From positions 22,448,709 through 22,512,708 of the forward strand of contig CM119264.1 in NCBI GenBank assembly GCA_051294375.1: DNA of 64,000 bases, given 5' to 3'. The translations under genes were made by a program, and so were the position numbers. Source of the DNA: Paraspadella gotoi. Its lineage: Eukaryota > Animalia > Chaetognatha. Below the pieces are notes generated by a model, which was given only the letters and a program-made list of their open reading frames with translations, had not been told where the DNA came from and ran no database searches. Shown here in pieces: positions 34,938 to 49,202 of the stretch. How positions within the stretch are numbered: position 1 is the stretch's first letter; each line of letters opens with the position of its first letter.

Positions 34938-37350
34938 TCCCTTTTCCGCCTCTCCCAGCGCCCGGGCGTTCCCCCACCTCCCCTTTCACCGCCCCTCACC
35001 CCCCCCACGCCCGTGGTCGTGGCCGCGGACAAAGGGAAGTTTTTATCAGCTTCGTAGAACGGCATTTTGGGAGAGGAGGAGGAAGAGGAGGGGGAGGAAG
35101 ACGGAAGAGGAGGGGGACAGAAAAGGGGCACTCGCGGAAAGAATGCGAAGCGAGCGTGATAGAATCGCTTCCCTGCCAAAGATTGCTGTCGAAATTTCTT
35201 TTATCAAGTCTTTTTTCTTCTCTCTTTGTAATAAATCCAACGATAAATATCTTGTCTATTTTAAATTGAAGTTTAATATGATATTCTACAGATATTAATA
35301 TTACTAAGGTTCATTCGACATAAAGTTCTATAAAGTATAAAATTCAAGGACTCTCTCTCTCTCNNNNNNNNNNNNNNNNNNNNNNNNNNNNNNNNNNNNN
35401 NNNNNNNNNNNNNNNNNNNNNNNNNNNNNNNNNNNNNNNNNNNNNNNNNNNNNNNNNNNNNNNNNNNNNNNNNNNNNNNNNNNNNNNNNNNNNNNNNNNN
35501 NNNNNNNNNNNNNNNNNNNNNNNNNNNNNNNCTCTCTCCATTTTCGACCCCATAATCCCTCAAAAAAGGCCATCGTCGAGAGGGCGTCCACTTTTCCCGC
35601 GTGTCACTTTTTCTTCGTCGTCTCCTCCTTTTATACGATTTTTGGGTTTGGCGGCGCCAACCCGAAATTCCAATGCAATTTCCAGCCGAAATAGAGCGTG
35701 CGAGTCGTGGGCCTTTCAGTTATATCTTGTGGTCGTCGCAGGTAGTGTGAAGTGAGGTTTGTGTTGGACTCCGTGAATTTAATAGTGTTTTATCCTAGCT
35801 ATCACGCTTAAAAGTTATTGCTAATAATTCTTGTATGTAGATCCAAAAGGGACATTTCACGACAAACGCCAATGTTTACGAAATTGACTGCGCAAAGCTG
35901 AAATACCACGGGGACGTGCTTGTTCATTTTTTTCATTCCGAAATGCGTTCGTTAACCGAAAAAAAATGAGGTCGCTTTCTGGGTCGCGTTTCGCATGGAC
36001 GATTTTGCGAAAACAAATTAGCAAAATTACGTATAGTGAAAAAGTTTAAAAGAAAAAAAACTTCTGGTAAGGTTTCGTTTTACATGACAACAATAAAAAT
36101 TATAATAAAAACCTAATTACAGTTACCCGAAGACGATGGCAAAGACAATGAAAAATAAAATGCCAAACCCGTGCAGGCCACAACAACAACCGCAGATGAT
36201 GATGACGCCGCCGACGACGACGACAACGACGACGACGGAGGCGGCCGCGGCGCCGTCAACTCCGTCCGGCGACGACGACGGTAATGGGCCGGCGCCAAAT
36301 TGGACACCGGCGCGAAAAGCGGCGCTGGAAAATTGGAGAAAAACGCTGAGTTGGAAATCGAAGGAAATCGGTGTCGGCGAAGGTGGCGGTGGGGAGTGGG
36401 GAGTGGGGAGTGGGGAGTGGGTGGAGGGAAGCGTGGCCGGGGGGTGACGGGGTTGTGGCCGACTGAGGTGACGGAATGGCGAGGCAAATGTGGCCGGTGT
36501 GTCGCGGCTTGTCGGTGGTGTCGGTGGCTGAATGTAGAGACGACAGAGGAAAGTAACGAAGCGAGGCGGGAATGGAGGCATTAAAGGCAACGGCTTGACA
36601 CACAGAAAAGACAGAAATGAAGGCGGTAGTGAAGGTAGACGCGTCCCCGAATTGGCGGGAGTGATATCGGGACCCCGAGTCGCTGAGATTCAGAAACCAT
36701 AAATATTATTTCTTGTCCAACATATTTTCCCTTCCGTTTCGAGGCCAAAGAACCAATTCCAGATTTCCGTCCAGATTTTTAGATTAGATCCGGCGGGCGC
36801 CGACTCTGACGGACAAGACGGCGCCGCAATTCCGCGACGTGACAGCCACGCGACGGGACGGCATTGTGTTGTGACAGCCAAGCGACGTGACGACATTGCT
36901 TCCTGATGCTACAAGTTAGTACCGTGACAGCCACGCGATGTGACAGGTTTGTGCCGTGACAAATACGCCTTAAAAACTTCTGACACATGACAGGGATGAA
37001 AATTTTGTGCCGAGAGATTCACGACGTGACAGGCCAATTACGTGACCATCCTACGACGTGACAGTGGTTGATCAATTTTGTGTAAACGAATGAACTGACG
37101 AACGTTCTCGATCTCAAGTGGGTCAAACTAACCTGGATCAACACTTCCACGATTCGCTCCAATTTTTTTTTTTTTTTGTTGACGAATTGAGTCATCGTAA
37201 CGATTTTCGAGCTGAACGTCGTCTCTGTTGTCTCCCGGTCCCATTTGCGTCAACTTTAGGCCGTCTTTCTTAATTGAGAAATTTCGTCTGGCTTAAACTC
37301 AAAAGTCGAAACACTACCATCCTATCTAAAGAATTATAATTTCCCTCTTC

Positions 37351-37497
<147 letters not shown>

Positions 37498-37576
37498 TTG
37501 ATTTACATTATTTCTTACTAACAAATTACCTTTATTCAACTAACCTTAATCCGTTATGGTGCCATTTCCATTTCCA

Positions 37577-37685
37577 TCCCATCTCCTCTCGTCCATCTCC
37601 TTCCCATCTACTCTCGTCCATCTCCTTCCCATCTCCTCTCGTCCATCTCCTTCCCATCTCCTCTCGTCCATCTCCTTCCCATCTG
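37577..37685 (+). repeat. ~25-bp minisatellite (CCATCTCCTCTCGTCCATCTCCTTC)
   Basis: About 4 tandem units. Confidence 0.8.
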
Positions 37686-39547
37686 CTGCCCGAATTAAGA
37701 CCAGGATCGAAGCCTCTCCCTTTTCCTCCTTTTTCCTCCCTTTTTTTTTCCTGAGCTTAAAAGTTTTCGGAGGAATCGACGGTCGTCCTTCCATTAGAAG
37801 CAGGACGTCATTCTCTCTACCCCACTTTAAACCCCATTATCGCTTNNNNNNNNNNNNNNNNNNNNNNNNNGTGAGAAGAGAGAGGAGAGAGAGAGGAGGA
37901 GATAGAGAACGAGAGAGAAGGAGAATAGGAGGAGAGAAGAAGATGATGAGAGTGAGAGTGAGAGAGAGATGACGGTTAAAGAGAGAGCGAACGGAGAGAT
38001 GACTCGGTTAGGTATAGACGCAGACTGATGACCGCGTTTGATGACGCGTTAGGTTGTTTCGGGTTTTTTAAAGCAGAGGCAGAGAGAACGACGAGACGAA
38101 GATGAGACGAGATAGATGTGCATGGCTAAAGAGAGGCGTACGATTAATAGAAAAGACTCATTATCGTCAATTTCGCGTTTGCTTTAAAAATTGTTTAGCT
38201 CACATAGTTTCCTGCATCACAAGGAAATATATGCTAAGATAGAGACAGCATCATCAGTGAAATAATGAGATTGAGAGGAGGAGCGAGAAGAGCAGAGAGA
38301 TGAGAGAGAGAGAGAGAAGAGAGGAGACGGGCAGAGAGAGAAGAGAGAGAGAGATAAATGGGAAATAACGGAGGGGGAGCCGGTCAAAAAATTGTAAATT
38401 TTTTTCTTTATTGATTGATCTCATAATGCTTGCCTCTCTCTCTCCCCCCCGCCACAGCTCTCTCTCTCTCGCGTTCCCTCTCTCTGGACTGCGAATAGCG
38501 GCCGCACTTAAATCAGGCAATTTGAATGCAACTTCAGATTGGGAAAACATATGAAGAGGAAAAATTTAATGAATACGTAATGTGATTTTTCAGATTTTTA
38601 GAGCCGAGATTGACATTTGGACTTTTTCGGTAATTCATTTGTTCCGAGAATTTTTTTTTATTTTTGTAATTTTTGTTTGTCCTTTTCCTTTCGTTTTGAG
38701 AAAGCTTTTTTTTATTCGCATAAAATAAAATTTGTGCGGTTTTTTTTTTCTTTTTGAAAATAGCGCTCTTCAGTCATTAATTTTTTGAATATCTGACTCT
38801 GCTGAGCTTAATGGATGATTGCTCTGGATTTCATGCGAGAAATATTTTAAGAAGTGTCTTACGTTTGTTCCTGTTCAAATTTCAACTCTCCTGTAACGAA
38901 CTCTAGCACAAAATGGTTCCGGCCGTTTCTTCACCCAACTTTTTTCCTCACTAATCTTCTTTCTCGACGTCGACCTCATCCTTCTTCTGAAAATTGATTT
39001 TTTTTTCGTCGATTTCATCTCTAACGTCTTTCCATCGCCCGTGGAACCGCTGACCCGCAAAATGAGTTTGGTTATTGTAAGGCTCGCGATTCTGTCATCG
39101 CTCATTTTTTCTTCCTTTTCGTTTTCCATAAGTTTTTTCTTCTTCCCTTGAGATGCTCCATTGTTTTGGTTCTCCAAGGTTTAAAAAGTTCGTTATCTTT
39201 TTTTATTCTCGTAAATGATTTTCTTGATTTTCTTGAACTGTTTTTAATTTTGACTAAAATTATTACATTGATACATTTACAATTTAAGTTGTTCTATTCC
39301 TCCGTTCTACTTCAGTTTCGCCCCGAGATTGAAAGCGTCGCTCCATCGCTCGACGTCAAGCGACCCACGATATGGAGTTTCAAAATTGTCGAAGCGGCGT
39401 CACTGCGCGTCAAGGTTAACGGGTAACTCTTTTGCATGACTTCTAAGTTAATTGAGAGCAGTGACAATTTACAACTTGCAACCAAAAAGAATATTCTGCC
39501 ATGCTTCTGTATTATTATATTAGATTTTTATCTTTGTTTAGAAGGAA

Positions 39548-39701
39548 AAATAAATAGGGTCAAAGAATTATGTAGATAAATAATAGCGAAACGCGTATTA
39601 AAGAGTCTTATCGCACTGTNNNNNNNNNNAAATAAATAGGGTCAAAGTATTATGTAGATAAATAATAGCGAAACGCATATTAAAGAGTCTTATCGCACTG
39701 T
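39548..39701 (+). repeat. 72-bp direct duplication either side of a 10-N gap (unmerged contig overlap)
   Basis: 39548-39619 and 39630-39701 are identical except for two substitutions. Confidence 0.85.
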
Positions 39702-40799
39702 GACGATCAATTTTATAACGGCTAAAATTATTTTATCTGAGACCGACATACGTGCGATGTTTGCCAAAACTGTAAGAAAAGCGAACCCACAAATACGAGG
39801 ATTCGGCGATCGGCAATCGTCAAACCCAGAGTGCTACCGCAAACCCCAGTAGACGATGCCGCCATGCAAAGCGTTTCCGGCGTTAAACGGCGATCAGCGC
39901 CGATTTCCAGCGTCGTCGTCCGGCCTAAACCGGCACTGAAATCACAATCAATCAGCGAATCGACCGAAGGGAAAATCTCGACCGCGGATTCTTTCGACTC
40001 CTCGTTTTGAATTTTGGCGCCGTTCGATGTGGCTGTTGATGAATTTTGATGGCAAGGGGCAATGGATTTATAGGATTATTATTTTAAAATATTGTATCTT
40101 GTATATTGTAAATATTGGCATCATTGAGTAAAAGGACGTAAAGGGCGTAATTTTATTTCCTATTTTGTAAAGTTACTCTTGTGTAATTTTATCCCCAGTA
40201 CGATTGTGCTTAGCTTTTTTTTTTCCAACGGGCCACTTCACTGTCCCTCTTGGGCAATTTCTTCCCCCAAAAGGCCGGTGCTCATCCAGTCTCATGGATC
40301 TAACGATTTAAAACACCCTATGTTGAGCGTGACGAACAAAAATTAAAGTGTATTGTTTCTCTTTTAAGAACAATGCAACCAGTGCCAAGGAAAAAAAAAC
40401 ATCAATTTTTTATCCTTTTTTTATTTTCATAATTTTCATTTCTTTTTTTGTCTTTCTTTTTTATTTTCATAATTTTCATTTCTTTTTTTGTCTTTCTTTT
40501 TTATTTTCATAATGTTCATTATTTTTCCCCCTTTTATTACCCTTCTTTTCAATTCTTTTCGCTTCTTTTTTTTCTTCTCCCTATTTTTTCATTTTCCTTT
40601 CTTTTCATTTTTAACGTTTCCTCCGAGCTAATAATTCTATTCAGTATTCACTTGAATATCAACCACCTTTCAACGCTTGTTGTCTTTCTCTCTTTCCACC
40701 TTTATTTGCTTGCTTTCCTTCCCTCCTCAGTATTTCTCTTCGAGTAATTCGTCCTCGTTTCTCTTTCTCCCCCCCCCGCCTCTCCCTTCCAAATTGAGT

Positions 40800-40845
<46 letters not shown>

Positions 40846-41426
40846 CTCTCCTCTCTCTCTCTCTCCATCGCTGACACTACCTTTTCCTTCTTTCTTCCGA
40901 ACATTCTCACTTCTTCCCTTTGTCTTCTCCTTCCTTTCTTCCTCCTCCTCCTCCTCCTTTTCTTCCCCCACTAGCGCCCACCGACTTTTCCACTCCTGCT
41001 CCNNNNNNNNNNNNNNNNNNNNNNNNNGCCTCCTTTTCTTGCCGGTCCACCATCGTCTCCACCATCTTTCACCTTCTCCTCGTACCTCCTCCTCCTCCTC
41101 CCTCCTCCTCCCGCCTATAGTTTTTCATTAAAGAAACCCAGTGATCCGGATTGATCCCAATTTGTCTCTCGAGGCAGCGCGGGGGGGGGGGGGGGCCGAC
41201 AACTTTTGACCTTTTTACTTCCTCTTTTCATTCATCAGCCTGAGCCCTCTTCCAAAATCCCTCCCACTGTCACCCCCCGCTTCTTGCTACCGGTCTTCCC
41301 CCTCGCCACCATATTTTTTTATCTTTTCCCAATTTTCCGACGCACCTCAGTCCCCCACCGTTCTATCCACTCTGTAGAAAACAACCCTACTCTTTCTACT
41401 CCCGACCTTTGATAACACACATAACA

Positions 41427-41523
<97 letters not shown>

Positions 41524-43453
41524 CGAATGAAGAAGCCTACTTACCCTTTCCGTCGTAACACTCTCGAAAAAAAAATCCTTACCATGGGAGCGATCTTTCT
41601 CCTGCCGATGCGCCGCCCGTGACCCACCCTGCAGCGAGAGCCCCTCCCCCTATCCTCTGCCCGACGGCGAACGCCCTCTCGGCCATTGACCCTCTCGATC
41701 TACCAAAACAAAACACAAAAAAAAACTCATTTAAAAAAATCCATTTAAAAATTATTTCGACCAACTCTCTCCAAAAAAAACCCTCCCTTTCCCCACCGCG
41801 GCATACCCGTTGACGGGCATTTAAGCGTGGGTAATCGTTTTTCGTACTTACCTCTGGTTGGCTGCTTCCTTCAATGCCCTCATTTCTGCTTGTCACTCGC
41901 TCTCTTTTTTTTTTGCTTCCTCCTCTCTATATCATTTTGACTGTCTGACTTTTCTTCCGCTCACCGATGCACTCACTCACCGACTCGCTCATCTCTGCCA
42001 TTCCTCTGTTACCTCACCCAACCCACCCAATTCTTCCCTCCCACCTCTACCCCCTCGCCTCCGCCACCCAACTCTTACTTCGTTATTCCCTTTTCGAAAG
42101 TCTTTAAAAAAAACCGCCCATCGAGCGTCGCGCTCCCTTTTGGGTTTAGAGACGCCTCTTCCTATCTCGTTTCTTCTCTTCCTTTCCCTCTCTTTTTTTT
42201 TCTCTTCCGCGTTAACTTTATTCTCTTTTTCTGCTCGAAGTCTCTCTCTCTCTCTCTTTTTTTTTACTCCTTCTCTTTTCTCTTTCTATCTCTTTATCCT
42301 ATCTTTTAATTTATAATTCTTCGACTTTACTTTTTATTCGAATATTTTTTTCGACCTTTCTTTTCCTCATCTTTTCGTTTTCTTTCTTACTTCATTTTTC
42401 GGATTTATTCTTTCCTCTCTTCCTCCTTTTCCTTTTCTTATTTTCAAATTAATATTCTTCCTCTTTCCCAATCTCTCAAAAAAATTAAAGTCTGCCTCAT
42501 TTTTTTTCCGATCTGACCAAGTGTCCATTTTTGCGTCTGCAGAGAGGAGATTAATCCAGGAAAAACATATTTTGAAGAAAAAGTTTGAAAAATTCCATGT
42601 TTTTAAAGCTCATTTTCACGCTTTTTCAGTCTTTCCTATACTTACACTAATATACTGACGACTGAGTAAACCATACTAAAACAAAGTTCATTCCATTTCT
42701 CTCTAATTTCTCCAGTCTTCAAGCTCAATGAAAAACTTAATACTGAATATCTACATTGACCTTTTAATATATCTCCATTCGTCTTCTTCCTTTCTTTCCT
42801 AAATCCCATTTCTTAAGTCCGCTATTGATTACTTCTCTCTTCAGCCTCTATCCCCGCGTGTCCAATCCTTTATTACCTTCAATTACCTCTCTCCTTTCCC
42901 CCTGTGCCCCCCTCTCTCTCGCTCTCTCTCTTTTTAGTCTCTCCCTCTCTATCCGTCTGTCAATGATCGTCAATTTCCTTCCTTCCTCCTTCTTCCCCTT
43001 TTTATCCCTCATTTATGACCCTAATTTTCTTTCTTTTCTTCCAAGTTCCATTACTCACTTTAACCAAACTCCTTCCCCTCTTTTCTCGCTTTCCTCCCTT
43101 CCTCAGTTGTCTTCTCGCCATTACCCTTACCTCCCTTACCTCCCTTTCCTCCCTTTCCTCCCTTTCCTCCCTTTTCTCCCTTTCTCTTTCTCGTTCATGG
43201 CCGTCAATTCCCTGAGGGTTATTGGCGTTTGTGTCCCGATGTGATTCTGGAACTTTGCATCTCCACCTGAGTCCGACATCTCAGCCTCTTTTCATCCGCC
43301 TCCTTTTTTTTGCTTCCTTTCGTATTTTTTTTTCTTTAGTTTTCGAGCTCTTTTTCATATTTTTCTCTTTGTTAATCATTTCAGTTTCATTTTCATTTTT
43401 CGTTCAGTAATTTAATCCGAATTTATTTAAATTTTCTCGTGTTCAGTCTCAAA

Positions 43454-43493
<40 letters not shown>

Positions 43494-44213
43494 ATCTCTC
43501 TCTCTCCTCTCTCTCTCTCTCATCTCTCTCTCTCTCTCTGCTCTCTCTCTCTCTCGATTTTAGATGAAACTAAAACTTCCTCCAGTCTCCAGGCTCGCTT
43601 CTTTTCTGATTTTTGTTATAAAAAATTTTTCGAGGGACAATTTTTTTTTCGAAACGATTACTAATCACTCAGGAAGACTATCAGACAATTGCCCACCAAC
43701 TTTTTTTTGCATTGCCGATATTTCTCACCATTTAACAACCCCCCTCCACCCGCGTGCAATCTGGATTCTTCATTAGTTTTTTTTTTCTCCAATTAATTTT
43801 TTCTTTTTTCTTTTTTTTTGTGTGTTTGGCGACTCGATCCCCCCGTCCTCCATCGCACGTCGTTACGTCGCTAATGAGAAGAGGCGATAATCGTTTTCAT
43901 CGTCGTCTCTTTTGTCGTCGTCGCCGTCGTCATCGTTCTTTCCCTGTCGACGCCTTCCGTAGTCGCTGACGTGGACGTCGTACGTTTTCTTCGCGTTTCC
44001 CGTCATCGTATCCGCCACAGTCTGTCAGTCAAGAACGTCGTCCCTGTGGTTTTCATCATCGTCGTCGTCGTCATCATCATTATCGTCGTCGTCTTCCTCG
44101 TTTCTCTTCGAATTCCTTTTTCGTCGTCGTCTTCAATCCTTGTCTTCTTCATTGGCGGCGTCGCAAAAAGCTTCGACCAACAATGAGCAACGAGACAAAT
44201 GACGTTCGCGAGC

Positions 44214-44216
<3 letters not shown>

Positions 44217-44294
<78 letters not shown>
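44217..44294 (+). repeat. (GA)n microsatellite
   Basis: Perfect dinucleotide run. Confidence 0.95.
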
Positions 44295-44298
<4 letters not shown>

Positions 44299-44444
44299 CA
44301 TCGGGTTAGTCTTTTTTTTTTTTTGTTTCTTTCCGTCTTTGATTAGTTTTACGCGGGATGTCGCTATTAGTAGCCTTAATTAGTTTCGGCGGGGACGAAG
44401 TGGTAGGGAAAGGAAAGAAGAAACCGTTGGAGGGCAGAGCCTCC

Positions 44445-44670
44445 TGACGGGCAAATGTTTATGACGGGTAAAGGATTGCGACGGGCAAATGTTTAGGACG
44501 AACAGAGTCAGAGGCTCGCGGTAGGCAAGGGCTTTTGAGAAAGTGGACGTCTAAAACGGACTGAGGCTTGTCACGAAGTTTTTCACGTACCGTGTTTATG
44601 ATGGCCGAAAGCTTATGACGGGCGAAGGCTTACAGTGGGTGAAGGTTTACGACGGGCAAAGGCTTATGAG
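44445..44670 (+). repeat. Degenerate ~17-bp minisatellite (TGACGGGCAAAGGCTTA-like)
   Basis: Units such as TGACGGGCAAATGTTTA, TGACGGGCGAAGGCTTA and CGACGGGCAAAGGCTTA. Confidence 0.65.
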
Positions 44671-46309
44671 AGGCATAGCCTCTCATATATGCCTGGAGGC
44701 TGGAATACCTATTGGTATGCATAGAATTAACCTTGGCAGACGATTGAGAATGAATGACGAATCTGGTAAGTTTAATGGAAAGTGTAGCTTTTATCTTTGA
44801 CGGGTTTCATTTTACGGCGGGGCTTGTTTTTGGATGTAATGTTAAATTTTCTATGGTACCATATTTGAAAGACATACGGCTACAAAGTTGCAAACAAGGA
44901 AATAGATTTCGTTGTCATCGCAAGTTCGATTCCTACATTCTCATCGCCTTTATCGACGCTGCCGCCGCTGCCGCTGCCGTCGCCGCTGCCGTCGCCGCTG
45001 CCGCCGCCGACATCGACGCCGATAAGACGAAGGCGGGATTAAAATTCAGCGTGGATGCCATTAGCAGGTGGGGGATATGCCAGGCCGCGTGCTGAGGTGG
45101 AATCATTTGCACCTGAACAACATAAACCATAAATCATCGCTCAGCGGGGAGTGGCGGCGACGGCGGCGAAGAGCGTGAACCTGCGGGTGAAGCGCCGCTG
45201 GCGATGCAGGTCGTCTATCGCGCAGGTTGACACGCCTTCAATTCTGTTGCCCTTATATTTATGTCGCTAACAGCCTGATAATAAGGGAATCAATGTGTTC
45301 ATCAATGATAACCCAGATTTTTTCAGTATCCATCCATTGTTGTTTAGTGGTGATTTAATTTTTTCTCAGAAGTAATTATGCAAAAATGAATGAATTTTAT
45401 TATTAAACAATTTTTTTATTGATCAGAATGCCAATAATCATTAGAATAATGACTTTTTTCACATTAATTGAGAATAAGAGTAAATTTTGCAAAAATACAG
45501 TAGCAGTAGTTACAAAGAATGTAAAATATATCTTTTTAAGGTTATTTTTAAAAGATTTATGGCCTTTTTTATCGCGATTTTCTCGAAAATTCTCGCCCCA
45601 TGTAGATTCTAGGGCAGATGTTAAAGACGAGTTGACAATTTGTTCAAAATTTATGACAAGCGACCTCAGGTTTTTTTTTTCCAGGAGAGGACGACGTCAC
45701 GTCACGTCACGTCTGCAGCAAAGTATCGTTGAATTTGACGACCTTTTTGACGGAAATAAAGAACAGCAACCGACGAATCTGATGGAAGGGAATGGAGCCA
45801 TGTTCCTTTTAACGACCGGTTTTAAAAACGATCGTAATTACTTTTCCTCTATAGAGTTCTCAAGAAAAAATATTTAAGTTTATTATATTAATTAACTTTG
45901 TGTTAATTTTCTTTCTTTTTCGTTGTGTGTGAAATTTAAAGAAAAAAGTTTGAATTGTATTTTCAACAACGAATTTTGTAAATAAGCAAAAGCTTCAATG
46001 GAGAAAAACAAACCAAAAACGAAAAAAAAGCGACTTTTCGGCCAACAAAAAAAATTTTTTTTTGGCTGTCAAATCAGACAATATTTAGGTAGGATATCTC
46101 TCGACAAGCAAAAGCAAGTTTCTGATAAAATCTAAACAATTAGCGACGTAGATCCACAAGAAACATAAAAAAAAAAGTTAATTTAGTCTCGAATTCTGGA
46201 CGGAACCTTGAAAGCGGAAATGAGACTGATGTCGTTTACGATCATTCATTCCAAATTCATGCGCTAAAATGGGAAAAACAATTAAGGAGGGAAGACAAGG
46301 GTAGAATGG

Positions 46310-46417
<108 letters not shown>

Positions 46418-46975
46418 TAGATGAAGCTTCACCCGATCCTCCAATTTAATTTCTCAAATCGCGCCGTCGCCAGACGGAGAATGGTGACGTCGTCGTCGTC
46501 GTCGTCGTCTTAATCGTCGACGTTTTCCTCCTCCCGCTCTTCCTCCTCATCCTTCACCTCCTCCTCCTCCTCCTCGTCCATATCTTTGATTTCATCTTTA
46601 TTCTTTCCATTTCGCTAATTCATTAATTCTAATGAAGGTTTCTCATTTTCATAAAATTGGTGCCAACGTCTTCCCCCTTTTTTTAATTGCTTTCCTTCAC
46701 GGTCTCCGCTGAATGCCGGCGGCTCGTCCGTCTCTCCGTCTGTCCGTCTTTCTTCTCACTCGTTTGGCAAAATGCGAAATGGCTTTGGGACTTTTGCGCA
46801 AACTTATACATTTCTTTTCATTTCTACATAACATTCTATACCGCTTTCTTTCAGTTCATAATACTTTTCATCATCAATCATCTACTTAGTTTTAATTAAT
46901 AACACTAAAAACAATATCGTCATTTCCTTTTCGGCCTCCGAGCATCCTTCACTCATTGACCCATTGATATTCCGT

Positions 46976-49153
46976 CACCATTTTCTGTTGGATAGTTTCA
47001 GTTTTTGCAGTCCTCACTCCATCACCCTATCACTTAATCACTCTATTACTCCATCAGTTCATCACTCCGTCACCCCGTCCCTCAATTTGACGCAGCATCT
47101 CTCACTTAATCCCCGGAGTATCTCTCGGTCCACTGAGTCAACACCGTTTTCTATCGTCGGAGATGATTAACGCCCGATTCTTTTTTTTCTTTTCTTTCTT
47201 TCTTTTTTTTTGTCAAAAACGTACAACGTGGAGAAAAGAGCAGGGAGGAAAAGAAATAGGAAAAAGAAGGGGAGGAAGAAAAGAAAGAAAAAAAGAAAGA
47301 GAAGGAGGAAATGTAAAAGAGAAGGTAAAAAGGAGAAAGGGAAAGAAAAAACGAAATACAGATGAGTAAGAAGGAAAAAAAGAAAAAGAAAAAAAGGAAG
47401 AAAGGTAGAAGAGAAAAAAAGAAAAAGAAATAAAAAGAGAGGAAGGTCAGAGGAAAGAAAAGGCGAGAAGAAAAGGGAAATATAAAAGAGAGGAAGACAA
47501 GAGAAAAGAGAGGGCAAAAGGAAAGGAACTGAAAAAAGGAAAAAATAAAAAAGAAAGAGAAAGGAGGAAAGAGAGACTAGGAGATTAGCTTCGCTACGAG
47601 TTCCTCATTTCTGAGGGGAAAAAAAAGAGGAAAAGAGCAGCGGAGTAGAGGAAATTAGAAGCCAACGCCATTTCCGGTTTGCGATGGAAGGAGAGTTCCA
47701 ATCTCGTCGCAGCTCGAGACTCCAGCGCCGGCGCACGGGTCCCGGCGGCGCCGCGGTCAGGATTCCCGGCGCCGCAATTTCATCCCGAGGATTAAACCCC
47801 CCACGAAGGCCGATCGGAGTTCTTGGCGCCGTAATACCGAGACGACAGTTATTAAATTTAAATTGCGGTTTAAACCATAAGAAGTTGAAATGGGGGTTTT
47901 TGGTAAAATTCGAAAACTGGGTCTACAATTCTAACAGCGGCCAATGCCTCGTTACTCTAGTGACCTGCAAAAGGAAGGACTGAATTCGATTTTGATAGCG
48001 CCGCAAGACTTCAAAGGCGCCGCCAGCCTTGAATGTCGCCGCAAGCCTTTGATCGTGCCGAAAGCCTGTGATGGCGCCGCAAGCCATTGATGGCACCGCA
48101 AGAACTGAATTCGTCTTTCATAGCGCCGCAAGACTTCTAAGGCGCCGCTAGCCTTGAATGTCGCCGCAAGCCTTTGACGGTTCCGCTAGCCTTTGATAGC
48201 GCGGCAATACTTTGATGTTTCCGCAATCCTTTGATGGCGCCGCAAGCTTTTGACGGAGCCGCTATCCGGAACCAGCAGACGCTCAGCCGGGAAAAGATCA
48301 TCGGCGGAGTTTGTCTTCGGGCGACGAGGCAGAGAATAAAACCAGTTAATTTATTTTCCCCATTTTTTTCCTTACTACCCTTTTTCTTTTTTTTTTACCA
48401 GAAAATGGGACTCGATGAGAGAAATCAAACGTCGATTGTTCGCAAGGAAATTGACTAATGACTCTATTATGAAAATTCAATGATACAGTAAACGTTGACA
48501 AATTCAATCTCTCCTTTTGCTTAAATTGAAGATTTCATTTTATAGTTCGATCTTCACGGATATATTAACTCTCGCTCTTTCTTTTTCTTTCTTTTTCTTT
48601 CTTTCTTTCCTACTCTCCCATCTCTCTATCTCTTTATCTCTGGCTGTGTGTCCATTTCCTCCTTCAACCCTCAGCCACTCGGAGGATCAGATTAGAGGCG
48701 AGAATCCAGTATCGAAAAAATTTGCAATTCTTTCTAACTCACTCTGTCTCTCTCTTTCTTTTCTCTCTCTCTCTCTCTCTCTTTATCTCTCCCTTTCGTG
48801 GTGGGAAGACGACGTAAAAGGTTTTTTTACGATATATGCAAATTGATTTGTTTTCAGCTTTTTTTTTTTCTGTGTCGCTTTTAGCCGAACGTAATTTCGT
48901 TGAAGCGACGACAGAGTTCGCGATGTCCCCCGTTTCAAATATGTCATCGCCCTCGTTCGCGCAAACAAAAGACAATTGTTTAATATCAAAATTAAAAATA
49001 GATCCTATTACTGCCCAACAATCTTTTGAATTTCTTAAATATATCATTGATTAGGTAGTCCCTAACTCTTTCATTTTTCTTTGTCGCTCTTTTTCAATTG
49101 AATTTCTATTTTCTGTGAAGGAGAGAGAGGAAGAGAGAGGAGAGCAGAGAGAG

Positions 49154-49202
<49 letters not shown>

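Noticed and set aside
38875-39177. Lys-rich 100-aa ORF on the minus strand
   Set aside because: Explained by A-rich composition; no motifs or clear splice sites.
39548-39701. 72-bp direct repeat as LTR or TSD
   Set aside because: It flanks a 10-N scaffold gap, which is typical of an unmerged allelic overlap.
47990-48262. Regularly spaced repeats as a possible CRISPR-like array
   Set aside because: The units are adjacent ~19-bp degenerate repeats without unique spacers, in a eukaryotic context with no cas genes.
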